64,000 bases of DNA from positions 320,001 through 384,000 of the forward strand of contig CAWCMR010000009.1 of assembly GCA_963796685.1 (NCBI GenBank). Direction: 5' to 3'. The position numbers and the translations under genes are program-made. Each line of letters begins with the position of its first letter. Position 1 is the stretch's first letter. The DNA is from an uncultured delta proteobacterium. GTDB lineage: Bacteria; Myxococcota_A; Polyangia; Fen-1088. Below the pieces are notes generated by a model. That model made no database searches. It had not been told where the DNA came from and worked only from the letters and a program-made list of their open reading frames with translations. This document shows, piece after piece, positions 11,261 to 21,162 of the stretch.

Positions 11261-13294
11261 CTAGGGTTTCTTCACCGTGCTCAATGCGGACGTGATGCTC
11301 TTCTCAAGGCTGCTGCCCAGAAGATGGGCGCCATTCGAAGAGAGATGCGACTCATCGACGTAGAGAAGTTGTCCGTTGGCTTGAATTCTGCAAGCCTGGT
11401 GGGCGCACAGGTACTCATAGGGATGCACAATTTCGACACTCGATTCTAGTTGCGAAACAGCTTCCAGCAGCAACTGGTTCACGAGGGTTTCCGTCCTTGC
11501 GCGCTCTCGCGACTCGTCGATTGCGCATCTGTTCTCGTCCAGGCCTCTGAAGTGCGCCCTTCCGACACAGAGCGCCACCTCCGGGGGCGGCAATGGCACC
11601 TGAGCAACGAGAATCACGCGACGCCCGCTGTCCACCAAGATTGAGAGCAATTTCCGGAGGCTACTGATGAACCGTTGCCGGGAGGATTCAATCGAGGGTT
11701 GTCCCCCATCGAGCGTGAGTAACAAGTTTCCGCTCGCGTGTACATCCCAGCGGGCTGCAAGAACCACCACGCGAACAGCATTCTCGGCGAGCACGGACTC
11801 AAGCGCGGCATCATTGAAGGCGGGACACTCTGCCCGCGTCTCGTCGAATGGCAGAAATCGCACACCCGGAATCGGCGAACATCCGGCCTTCGTTATCTCC
11901 CGGGTAGCTAAACCGAGCCGTTTGCCAATCTCCTCGAACACAGAGGCAAGATGCGCGGCGTGGGAATCACCCCAGAGAACCACTTCATACCGGGATCCCC
12001 CTGCGGGAGCCCCAAGGAGGCAGCCCTCGCGCGGAGGAATCGAGGCACCGCGGGCCAAGCAAGGGGACTTCTGCAGGGCCTCCGCCTCCTTCACGAAATC
12101 ACCAACATCCGGACCGCGCGCCGGCAGCCCGTTGCCCAAGTACAAGATCGCGCCCACGATAACGAAGACGGCACTTGTCGCAAGACCGCCAATCACCCAG
12201 GACCTGACCTTGGCCCTGACAACATGTGTTTTGCGGAAAGGGCTCTCGACAAATCGCCATGACAGCCAAGCCACGATGAAGATGAGAACGATCAGTCCAC
12301 TGCGTTCGGCCACGTCCAACTTACGATTGGCGAAAACCTGCCCAAACACAAGAATCGGCCAGTGCCAAAGGTACAGCGAGTAGGAGATCATGCCGATCAT
12401 GACCAGCGGCCGCAGTGACAGAAATCTTCCACCGATGGACGGACCGCCTTCCCCTGCGGCGATGATCAGCGCCGCGCCCGCACAGGGTAGCAACGCCGCG
12501 ATTCCAGGAAACGGTGTCGCCTTGCCGTACGTGGTTACCGCGATGGCCAGCAAGCCTATTCCCGCGAGCGAAGCAACCGATCCCAAAATGCGCGGTAGTC
12601 GCTGGACCCTGCGGGACACCGACGAAAGACCGAGCAACGCGCCCAGCGCAAGCTCCCAGGCCCGTGACGGCAGCAAGTAGAACGCCAGGTTCGGATTGCC
12701 GCCCACCCAGCGCGCGCTGAGCATCAGCGTCCCGACAAACACGGAGAGCGTGGCCGGAATCTTCCACTTCGAAAGTGCAGGGAAACTCAGAACCGTGAGA
12801 ATCAGCGGCCAGCAGACATAAAACTGCTCTTCGAGCGATAGTGTCCAGGTGTGGAGTAGCGGGGTGTATTCGGAGTTGGCGGCGAAGTAGCCGGACCACC
12901 GATAGAATAGAATGTTGGAGGTAAACGCCGACGAGGCAACAAGCGTCTCCCCAAAGGCCTTCAGCTCCACGGGCGGCAAAAGAAAATACGCGGCTACGCT
13001 TGTGGCGGTGAGCGTGCCAAACAGTGCGGGAAAGATGCGCCGGATTCGACGCTGATAGAAGACGAGTACGGAGAATCGGCGCGCCTTCAGTTCACGCTCG
13101 ATGATTTGGGTTATTAGGTAGCCCGATATTACGAAGAACACATCTACGCCGATGAATCCCCCAGGGCAAGAGAAGCCAGCGTGGAAGAGGATGACCGGTA
13201 AAACGGCAAGCGCCCGCAGCCCATCGACGTCCGGCCGGTAGAAGGTCTTGGGCGGCGGATTGTCGAGACTATCTGGATCTGCTGGAGCATGCAT
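11261..13294 (-). CDS. OafA/YrhL-type O-acyltransferase (AT3) fused to a periplasmic SGNH domain
   Basis: YRPDVDGLRALAV, GVDVFFVISGYLIT, HTWTLSLEEQFY, SYSLYLWHWP, WGDSHA and YVDESHLS. Start set at ATG 13294. Confidence 0.92.
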   Translation of the reverse strand: MHAPADPDSLDNPPPKTFYRPDVDGLRALAVLPVILFHAGFSCPGGFIGVDVFFVISGYLITQIIERELKARRFSVLVFYQRRIRRIFPALFGTLTATSVAAYFLLPPVELKAFGETLVASSAFTSNILFYRWSGYFAANSEYTPLLHTWTLSLEEQFYVCWPLILTVLSFPALSKWKIPATLSVFVGTLMLSARWVGGNPNLAFYLLPSRAWELALGALLGLSSVSRRVQRLPRILGSVASLAGIGLLAIAVTTYGKATPFPGIAALLPCAGAALIIAAGEGGPSIGGRFLSLRPLVMIGMISYSLYLWHWPILVFGQVFANRKLDVAERSGLIVLIFIVAWLSWRFVESPFRKTHVVRAKVRSWVIGGLATSAVFVIVGAILYLGNGLPARGPDVGDFVKEAEALQKSPCLARGASIPPREGCLLGAPAGGSRYEVVLWGDSHAAHLASVFEEIGKRLGLATREITKAGCSPIPGVRFLPFDETRAECPAFNDAALESVLAENAVRVVVLAARWDVHASGNLLLTLDGGQPSIESSRQRFISSLRKLLSILVDSGRRVILVAQVPLPPPEVALCVGRAHFRGLDENRCAIDESRERARTETLVNQLLLEAVSQLESSVEIVHPYEYLCAHQACRIQANGQLLYVDESHLSSNGAHLLGSSLEKSITSALSTVKKP

Positions 13295-13554
13295 CTCTTG
13301 TACTTCTATACCCGGATATTTCCGGTGTGAGAGCCAGTGTTGGGTATGAGGCCAAGCTGCAAGATGAACGTGTAGGTTACTGTGGTTGACGCAACGATTT
13401 CTATCGGGCATTGGGTTAGCGTCGAAGTGGTCCGCGCCTTCGGGCGCCCTCGGCAGATCCTAGCCCCCCAGCAGCGCCGTAGAGCTGGCTCGCCCGCGAG
13501 GAACCGAACCCAAAAGGTCAGGTTGCGCGCCAGCGACTCGGGTATTCTCCGCGC

Positions 13555-15105
13555 ATGTTGCCATCGACGACGCCCTCGCCGAAGAAGCGGCTGCTCATTT
13601 TCGTCATCGCCTACCGCGCGGAAAAGACCCTGACCTGGGTGCTATCGCGCATCCCGAGCGCCACGTTCCAGGATCTGGACTGCGAGATCCTGGTCGTCGA
13701 CGACGCTTCGACGGATCGGACGTTCGAGATCGGGCACGAGTGGAAGGAAGCCCATCCCGAGATCGCCGTGACGGTACTGCGCAACGACTACAACCAGGGC
13801 TACGGCGGCAACCAGAAGGTCGGCTACACCTACGCCATCGAGAACGGGTTCGACTTCGTGGCCATGGTCCACGGCGATGGTCAGTACGCCCCCGAGGAGC
13901 TGCCACGCCTGATGGAACCCCTTGCCAAGGGCGACGCCGATGTCGTCCTGGGCAGCCGCATGATGACCAAAGGTGCCGCTCTCAAGGGAGGGATGCCGCT
14001 CTACAAATATCTGGGCAACCGCATTCTCACCGGCCTGCAGAACTTTCTCCTGCGGGCCAACCTGACCGAGTATCACAGTGGCTATCGGCTGTTCGCGGTC
14101 GCGGCCCTCAAGGCGCTGCCCTTCCGCCTGAACTCGAACGACTTCCACTTCGACACCGAGATCATCATCCAGCTCCTCAACGGAGGCTTCCGCATCGCCG
14201 AGCTGCCTATCCCGACCTACTACGGCGACGAGATCTGCTACGTCGACGGCATCAAGTACGCCAAGGAGGTCGTGCACGCCACGCTCCGCAACACCGCCCA
14301 CCGGATGGGGCTGCTCTACCAGCGCAGATTCGACATCGGCGCCGCCGACAACCGCCACTATGAATTGAAGCTGGGCTACGCTAGCACGCACAGCTGGGCG
14401 CTCGCCGCGGTTCCGCGCGGCAGCAGCGTCATCGACATCGGGGCCGGGCCGGGCGGAATGGCGAGGGAGCTGGCCAAGAAGGGCTGCACGGTGGCCGTGG
14501 TCGACCAATTTTCGCCGGGTCTGCCGGCCGGGGACATCCGCATCTTCCGGCAGGATCTGGACGCGCCCCTGACCTTCGATGTCGGGCCGTACAAGCACAT
14601 CCTCTTGCTCGATGTCATCGAGCACCTGCACTCGCCCGAGGATTTTCTCGAGCGGCTGCGCAGCCAGTTCACCCACGAGCCCAAGACCTTCATCCTGACG
14701 ACCGCCAACGTCGCGTTCATCATCCAGCGCCTCATGCTGCTGGCCGGCCAGTTCAACTATGGCAAGAGCGGCATCCTCGACCGGACCCACACGCGCCTGC
14801 TCAGCTTCCGCAGCACGCGCCACCTCCTGCGCGACAGCGGTTTCCGCATCAAGTGTATGCGTGGCGTGCCTGCGCCCTTTCCCAAAGTCCTGGGCAATGG
14901 CCGTCTTGGGCGATTCGCGGTCAAAGCGAATCTCGCGCTCATCAAGCTCAGCAAGACCTTGTTCTCGTACCAGATCTACGTCGAGGCCGAGACCACGCCG
15001 GACGTGAGCTTCGTGCTGCGCGACACGCAGGAAAAGAGCGCAAAGCGCGCTCCCAAGCTGCGCGCGGTCGGGACGTCCGTCCCCGACTCGGAACCTTCGC
15101 GCTAA
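13555..15105 (+). CDS. GT2 (DPM1-like) glycosyltransferase fused to a class I SAM methyltransferase-like domain
   Basis: VVDDAS, NQGYGGNQK, HGDGQY, HSGYR and FDTEII; then VIDIGAGPG, LLDVIEHL and GILDRTH. Confidence 0.9.
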   Translation: MLPSTTPSPKKRLLIFVIAYRAEKTLTWVLSRIPSATFQDLDCEILVVDDASTDRTFEIGHEWKEAHPEIAVTVLRNDYNQGYGGNQKVGYTYAIENGFDFVAMVHGDGQYAPEELPRLMEPLAKGDADVVLGSRMMTKGAALKGGMPLYKYLGNRILTGLQNFLLRANLTEYHSGYRLFAVAALKALPFRLNSNDFHFDTEIIIQLLNGGFRIAELPIPTYYGDEICYVDGIKYAKEVVHATLRNTAHRMGLLYQRRFDIGAADNRHYELKLGYASTHSWALAAVPRGSSVIDIGAGPGGMARELAKKGCTVAVVDQFSPGLPAGDIRIFRQDLDAPLTFDVGPYKHILLLDVIEHLHSPEDFLERLRSQFTHEPKTFILTTANVAFIIQRLMLLAGQFNYGKSGILDRTHTRLLSFRSTRHLLRDSGFRIKCMRGVPAPFPKVLGNGRLGRFAVKANLALIKLSKTLFSYQIYVEAETTPDVSFVLRDTQEKSAKRAPKLRAVGTSVPDSEPSR

Positions 15106-15171
15106 CACCCGTTGCCAAGACCCGTCGCGAGTCTCGGACCTCCGTCCGAGACTCGGCGTCCACCGAATCGA

Positions 15172-17823
15172 CTACGATATGATGTAGTGGCAGGAGCTGT
15201 CGCAGGGCTGGCCGGCGACGCCGTTGTTCGATCCCAGGTCGCACTCTTCTTTCAGGTTGGTATCGACGATGCCGTCGCCACAGTAGTGCGGTGCCATGCA
15301 ACCAATGGTGCATTCGCTGCCGCCGTTGTCCTTGCCCTTGTCGCAGTCCTCGTTCGGACTGTCCGTATTGCCGTCGCCACAGAAGGGTCCGAACTTGCAC
15401 TGCGTGGTGCAACCACCGTAGGCCTTGTCGTCGTTCTTGGTCGTGCAGCCGTCAGGCAGCGAACCGGAGCCGTCGCCGCAGTCGCATTCCTCGCCCCCAG
15501 ACACGACGCCATCGCCACAGCGGGGCGAGCAATCCGACCTCTTGGTCGTGTAGCCGTTGAGGGTGAGCTGGTAGTTCGACTCGGGGGGGTGACGATCGGC
15601 ACCGAAGATGGCAATCTCGTAGACCTTGCCGGTGGTCAGCCCCAGCTTGACGGTCCCTGTCTTGAAGTCATCCGGCGTGACAGCAGCCGGGGAAGTCACG
15701 TTGTTGTTGGTGACCGTGCATGCGGTGGACCCAGCGGTGACCCCGGTGATGTTTCCGGCCGCATCCAGGCATCCACCCTCGGAAAACGTCGCGTCCCCTG
15801 GATCGCCGGTGACGGTGACCTTGCCCGGCAGCTGCTGGTGAACGCCACCCAGATCGAGGACCAAGACGCCGTTGATGAACACGAACATATCGTCATCGCC
15901 GAAGAAGCTCAGGGAGATGCCATTGGTGCCGTCGTACACGAAGTAGTAGCGTACCTCATCGGTGAAGTAGGAGTCGTGCTTGGTGCCCGGGGTAGCCGTG
16001 ACCCAACAGCCGTCGGTGAGCTTGGCGCCGGACGGGCAATCGGCCGCGGTCACGCGGGGCGGGAACAGATACTGGTCGCCCGTGCAAGTCGTCCAGATGG
16101 GGTTTCCGTTGCCATGGTTCCAATAGGGCCAAAGGTCGCACAACGTGGCCTGGGAAGGATTCAGCGTGTCCAGGGGAAAGAAACCGGAGTCGGGACCGGC
16201 CAGGTGCGTCTTGCTGGCGTACTGGTAGATGTTGGTGCCGGAGGCGAGCGGCTTCATCTCGATGACACCCGTGAACGTCTTGTTCACCGTGCTGTCATCG
16301 TTGAACCATTGCTTGAAGCTGTTGGCGTCTTTGTAAGCTGGCGTGGTTCCGTGCCAGATGGGGCCGCCAGGGGAGCTGGAGGTGTAGCCGGTGATGGTGC
16401 CCGTGGAGACGCCGGCGTTGCCGGTCACGCTGACGGCGGAGCCGGCGGCTCCGCCGAGGTAGGCACCAGCGCCGTCGGAGAGCGGGCTATCGTTGCCGGC
16501 CTGGGTGTAGTTGCCGGGAATCCTGCTCGAATTGCCGATGTTCCAATCGCTGAACTGGCAAGCGCAGGTCTTCGTGGAGCCGGGTTGCGGCTTGCCGTGT
16601 AGAAGATTGTTGTCCACGATGCCCCAGCAACGCGCGGTCGAGTCGTTACCCTTCGAAGGCCCGCCCGAATTGGGAACGCAGATGGTCGTGGGCGACTTGG
16701 AGCCATTGGCCTTCGTGCCGAGGAAGAAGAAGTCCGGATGTCCACCCGAAGCCACGTTCTCGGGCTGGAAGTCCCGGTAGGTGACGGGCAGATCGAGGCA
16801 TGATCCCGTATTCCCCGCCTGCGTGCAGTCCGTGGAGTCTTGGACGGTCTGGGTCGAGCACGTAAAGCCGTCCTCGATCTTGCAGCTCGACGAGCAGCCA
16901 TCGCCGTCGAGCACATTGGCATCGTCGCAATCTTCGCCTGGATCGAGATTGCCATCACCGCAAGCCGAGGTGCAGGCCTGGGTCTTGCCAGAGCTGTCCT
17001 GGCAAGTGGGCTCCTTGGTGCAGGTCTTGGAGCAGCCTTTGCCGTCGCCGTAGAAGAGGCCGTTCACGGCCTTGCAGTCCTTGGGGAGGTTCGTTGCGTC
17101 CGTGCCGCAGTCGCACAGCTCGGTCTTCTCCACGACCCCGTTGCCGCATTTGGCCATCTTGCAAGCCCCGCCCTGGGGCGGACAGTCGGCGCCGGGCTCG
17201 ATCTGGCAGGTGCTGGAGCAGCCATCGCCGCTATCCGAGTTGCCGTCGTCGCAGGCTTCACTGCCGATGACCTTGCCGTCCCCGCACAGCGGCGTGCAGC
17301 GCTTGCCGGGCACGCGACATTGATACCCGGGCTCGACGGTCTGGCAGTCCGCGGAACAGCCGTCTCGGTCCTTGGTGTTGCCGTCGTCGCAGGTTTCGTC
17401 GGAGGTCAGATAGCCGTTTCCGCACACCGCGAGATTCGTGCAAGGCTGCCCAGGCGTTTCGCAGAGGTAGTTGGCCTCGAGCTGGCATAGCTTGTTGCAA
17501 CCGTCACCACTGACGGTGTTGCCGTCGTCGCACGCTTCACCGTTGCCCGTGTCGAGCACGCCATCGCCGCAATTCTTCGTGTTCACGCTGGTGGGTCCGG
17601 TGTTGCCGCCGTGGCCAACCGTGCCGATGGTGATGCCGCCGCCCCCGCCATTGCCACCGCCACCCTTACCGCCGCCATTGCCACCACCACCCCCGGTATC
17701 GATCGTTCCACCGCCTTGACATCCCAGCCCCCCGCCGACCAAGACCAGTCCAACCAAAATTCTCGACAGACAAGTCACAAGCCTCGGAAGGCTGGCGCAA
17801 TGACGGAGAGTGGTGGTTCTCAT
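15172..17823 (-). CDS. Lipoprotein with Myxococcus Cys-rich (DUF4215-like) repeats and a fibro-slime domain
   Basis: Signal ending GLGC and a Gly linker; CGDG...EACDDGNTVSGDGC repeats; YRDF...HPDF, QWF, FFPLD, FFGDDDMFVFING...DLGGVH. Confidence 0.88.
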   Translation of the reverse strand: MRTTTLRHCASLPRLVTCLSRILVGLVLVGGGLGCQGGGTIDTGGGGGNGGGKGGGGNGGGGGITIGTVGHGGNTGPTSVNTKNCGDGVLDTGNGEACDDGNTVSGDGCNKLCQLEANYLCETPGQPCTNLAVCGNGYLTSDETCDDGNTKDRDGCSADCQTVEPGYQCRVPGKRCTPLCGDGKVIGSEACDDGNSDSGDGCSSTCQIEPGADCPPQGGACKMAKCGNGVVEKTELCDCGTDATNLPKDCKAVNGLFYGDGKGCSKTCTKEPTCQDSSGKTQACTSACGDGNLDPGEDCDDANVLDGDGCSSSCKIEDGFTCSTQTVQDSTDCTQAGNTGSCLDLPVTYRDFQPENVASGGHPDFFFLGTKANGSKSPTTICVPNSGGPSKGNDSTARCWGIVDNNLLHGKPQPGSTKTCACQFSDWNIGNSSRIPGNYTQAGNDSPLSDGAGAYLGGAAGSAVSVTGNAGVSTGTITGYTSSSPGGPIWHGTTPAYKDANSFKQWFNDDSTVNKTFTGVIEMKPLASGTNIYQYASKTHLAGPDSGFFPLDTLNPSQATLCDLWPYWNHGNGNPIWTTCTGDQYLFPPRVTAADCPSGAKLTDGCWVTATPGTKHDSYFTDEVRYYFVYDGTNGISLSFFGDDDMFVFINGVLVLDLGGVHQQLPGKVTVTGDPGDATFSEGGCLDAAGNITGVTAGSTACTVTNNNVTSPAAVTPDDFKTGTVKLGLTTGKVYEIAIFGADRHPPESNYQLTLNGYTTKRSDCSPRCGDGVVSGGEECDCGDGSGSLPDGCTTKNDDKAYGGCTTQCKFGPFCGDGNTDSPNEDCDKGKDNGGSECTIGCMAPHYCGDGIVDTNLKEECDLGSNNGVAGQPCDSSCHYIIS

Positions 17824-18065
17824 TTGAACATACCTCGCGTGAAAATAGGCGGGTCCCATGCCCGGCCGCTGGAAGTTAGTATAGCGGAGCACCTCGTCTC
17901 GATTACAAGAAAATACGGCAGGAACACCGCGGGGATGAGAGCGATCTCACCTTGCCATCGGGTCTGGCCGATCGGCGCAACCTCCACCGCCCCGAACGAC
18001 GCTCGCCCTGCAAAACACCCCACCTTGTCCGGGTGGGAAGGCACATTTCACAGAGTCGGAAGGCG

Positions 18066-19887
18066 CTATGCGCTAGCAGCGGGCAAGGTAGCCGCGCGGC
18101 CGGGGCTTCGTTCATGGAGAGCCGGGGTGGCACCATCGCGGACCGGCAGCAGCTCGTAGCGCATGTTCCGTCGGCGAGGAACGAACCCGGCCGCCCGTAC
18201 ACGACGCTCGATGTCCTCCGCCGATAGCTTGAAGACGGCGCCGGCCTGGGACACGACGTTCTCTTCGATCATGGCGGACCCGAAGTCATTGCCCCCGAAG
18301 CGCAACGCCACCTGCCCGATGTCCGGCCCCATGGTGGGCCAGGACACCTGCAAATTGGGGACATTGTCGAGGTAGAGACGCGCCAGGCTGAACACGCGCA
18401 GGTAGCGATGCGCCGAAGTGTCGTCCTCGAGCCGCAAGCGTGTGCCCTCGGACTGAAAGGGCCAGCAGATGAAGGCCGTGAAGCCAGCGGTCTGGTCCTG
18501 CAGCGCTCGCAGACGGTCGAGATGCTTGATGATGTGCTCGGGCGTCTCACCGAAGCCGAAGACCATGGTTGCCGTCGTGCGCAAGCCGAGGGCATGGGCC
18601 TCGCGCATCACGTCCATCCACGTACCCGCCGAGCACTTGAGCGGTGAAACCCGACGTCGAATCTCGTCGTCGAGGATCTCGGCCCCGCCACCGGGAAGGC
18701 TGTCCAGCCCGGCCTCCACCAGGCGCCGCAGGACCTCCCGAATGGACAGTCCTTCCTGTTTGGCGATGAAGCTCACCTCCTCGGGCGAAAGCGCGTGCAA
18801 GGCCAGGGGGAAGGTCGCCTTGGTCCAGCGGAAGAGATCCTCGTAGTACCCGATGCGCAGGTTCGGGTTGACGCCCCCCTGGAGCAGGATCTGGATCCCG
18901 CCCATGGCCACGGTTTCCGAGAACTTCTCGGCCAGCACCTCGCGTGACAGGGTGTAGGCATCCTTGCTCTTGGCGGGCCGGTAGAAGTTGCAGAACTTGC
19001 ACGCCGTGATGCAGAGGTTGGTGTAGTTCACGTTGCGGTCGATGATGTACGTAACGAGGTTCCGTGGGTGCAAAGAGCGCCGCCGCTCGTCCGCGGCCTT
19101 GCCCAGATCGAGCAGCGTGGCGCTTTCGTACAGCCGGATGCCCTCGGCTGGGCTCAAGCGCTCCCCCGCTGCCGCCCCCGAAAGCAGGGCGTCCAGACCC
19201 GGCATCGCGCTCTTGCGCTGCTTCGTCCCGGCCGCATGGCTCTCCTGCCCCGGAGCGTAGGCGAAGTCGAAGAAGCGGATCCGGGTGGGGGTGGTATGCG
19301 ATGGCGTCTCGGCCGAACGCAGGTGCTCGAGGAACGCCGCCAAACCGGACATCTCCTCCGCGCCCAGTCGATAGTCTAGGCTCTCGGTCAGAAAGCCCTC
19401 GTAGAGCGCCGGAGAGCCCCCGTGGGCCTCGGCAAACGCGCCCGCGATGTCGCCCAGGTGGGCCAGCCCCTGCTGCAAGCTGGCGGCGAGCAGGTTGGAC
19501 TCGGCCGCGCCCGCGGCTCCGTTCTGCCCAATCCACAGCAACGAGACGAAGGGCAACCCGAACCGTCGGCACCAGTCGCCCACGCTGCCCGAGAGCGCTC
19601 CCAGGCTGTGCTCGCGCCTCAGATCGGTCGGAACATCGCCGCGAACGACGACCGCCACGCGTGGAACGATCCGAAGGTCGAGAGCGCTGCCCAGGGAAAG
19701 CGAGGCAAAGCTCGCGCTGGGAAGGAGCGCGAGATCGGCCAGCCCGCGGGATACGCGGGAGGCGCACCCCTCGGCCGAGTCGAAGGCCAAGTCGAAAAGA
19801 ATCCTCGACCAGTCCTCGTTCGATTCCGTAGGTCAGCGGCCGCGCGCTCAAAGACGAAACCGCGACCAAGCGCACCCGCGCCGTCAC
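18066..19887 (-). CDS. mqnC: Cyclic dehypoxanthine futalosine synthase MqnC with an N-terminal shortened MqnA-like domain; +1 frameshift at about 19795
   Basis: [35 protein letters not shown] and FGGNDFGSAMIEENVV. The N-terminus (AVSSLSARPLTYG...ADLALLPS...GLPFV) is MqnA-like. GTG 19887 overlaps the mqnE stop (GTGA). Confidence 0.82.
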
Positions 19888-21030
19888 GAGAGCACCCGTA
19901 GCGCGGCCGGATCCGGTCGTCGGAACGGCTTCTGGGGAAGCAACGCGTCGCCCTCAGCCAGGACGCGGTAGAGGGTGTCACGCTCGACCGGCACGCGACC
20001 CGCGCGCTCGATGAGGTGGACGATCTCGGACACCGCCAGGTGCTGCGGGGTCTCCGCGCCGGCCATGTGGTAAATGCGTTCCTCCTGCACGGTGCCGTCG
20101 AGGTCGTCGGCACCGAACCACTGGGCGGTCTGCGCGGTCTTGAGCCCCAACATGACCCAATAGGCTTTGAGATGGGGGATGTTGTGCAAGAGCAGGCGCG
20201 ACACCGCGAAGAGGCGAAGGTCGTCGACGCCGGTCGGCGCGGCCAGCCTCTGCAGGGCGTTGCCGTCGGGGTGAAAAGCGAGCGGGATGAAGGTTTGGAA
20301 CCCTTGCGTCTCGTCCTGCAAGGCGCGCAGGCGCAAGAGGTGCTCGACCCGCTCCTCGACGGTTTCGATGTGACCGTACAGCATGGTGCAATTCGACCGC
20401 AGCCCCATCCGGTGGGCGGTGCGGTGGACGTCGAGCCACTCCTCGGCATCGCACTTGTCGGCACAGAGCTTGCGGCGCACGCGCGGCGAGAAGATCTCGG
20501 CGCCGCCGCCCGGCAGCGAATCCAGCCCGGCGGCGTGCAGGCGCCGCAGGACCTCGGCCACCGGCAAGCCGTAGTGCTGGTGGAAGAAGAAGAGCTCCAC
20601 CGCGGTGAAGGCCTTGAGGTGAACGGTGGGGCAGAGACGCTTGAGCCCGGAGAGCAGCTCGGTGTAGTAGGAAAATGGCAAGCCGTCGTGGAGCCCGTTG
20701 ACGATGTGGATCTCGGTGATGGGATCCCCCGCCGCCATGCGGGTTCGCAAGCGTCCCCAGGCCTCGTCCAAGCTCAGCGTGTAGGCGCCCGGATCGCCGG
20801 CTTTCAGGCGGGCGAACGAACAGAACCTGCAACTCGCCACGCACACGTTGGTGGCGTTGATGTGCATGTTGCGATTGAAGAAGGTCCGCTGGCCGTGCAG
20901 GCGCTCGCGAACCTCGTTGGCCAGTTGTCCGAGCTTCGAGCAGGTTGGGATGATGAAAGAGAGCGATGCCATCCGCGAAACCGAGGGGTTCGCCGGCCCG
21001 CACCTTATCTTTGATTTCCGAGAACGACAT
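19884..21030 (-). CDS. mqnE: Aminofutalosine synthase MqnE (radical SAM); +1 frameshift at about 20935
   Basis: [38 protein letters not shown] and [20 protein letters not shown]. The N-terminus [10 protein letters not shown] (GGAG RBS) is in the adjacent frame. Confidence 0.88.
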
Positions 21031-21162
21031 GGGACTCCAGGGCAAGTTCTGCGGCAAAACCTAGCAGCCGGAAGAGCGGACGCCACAGCGCGCGGCCAAA
21101 ATGCGACAAATCTTGTCTCCTTTATTGGGCGACCGGGGTTGCACCCCGGCCGTAGCGAAGTC

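Noticed and set aside
15112-16602. 496-aa plus-strand ORF
   Set aside because: Antisense to the fibro-slime gene.
20848-21162. N-terminal extensions in the ORF track (yyaL-like from 20848; also HDOD to 5353, pcm to 39534, hbpS-like from 46061)
   Set aside because: They overlap real genes or promoters; downstream starts fit homology and RBS positions better.
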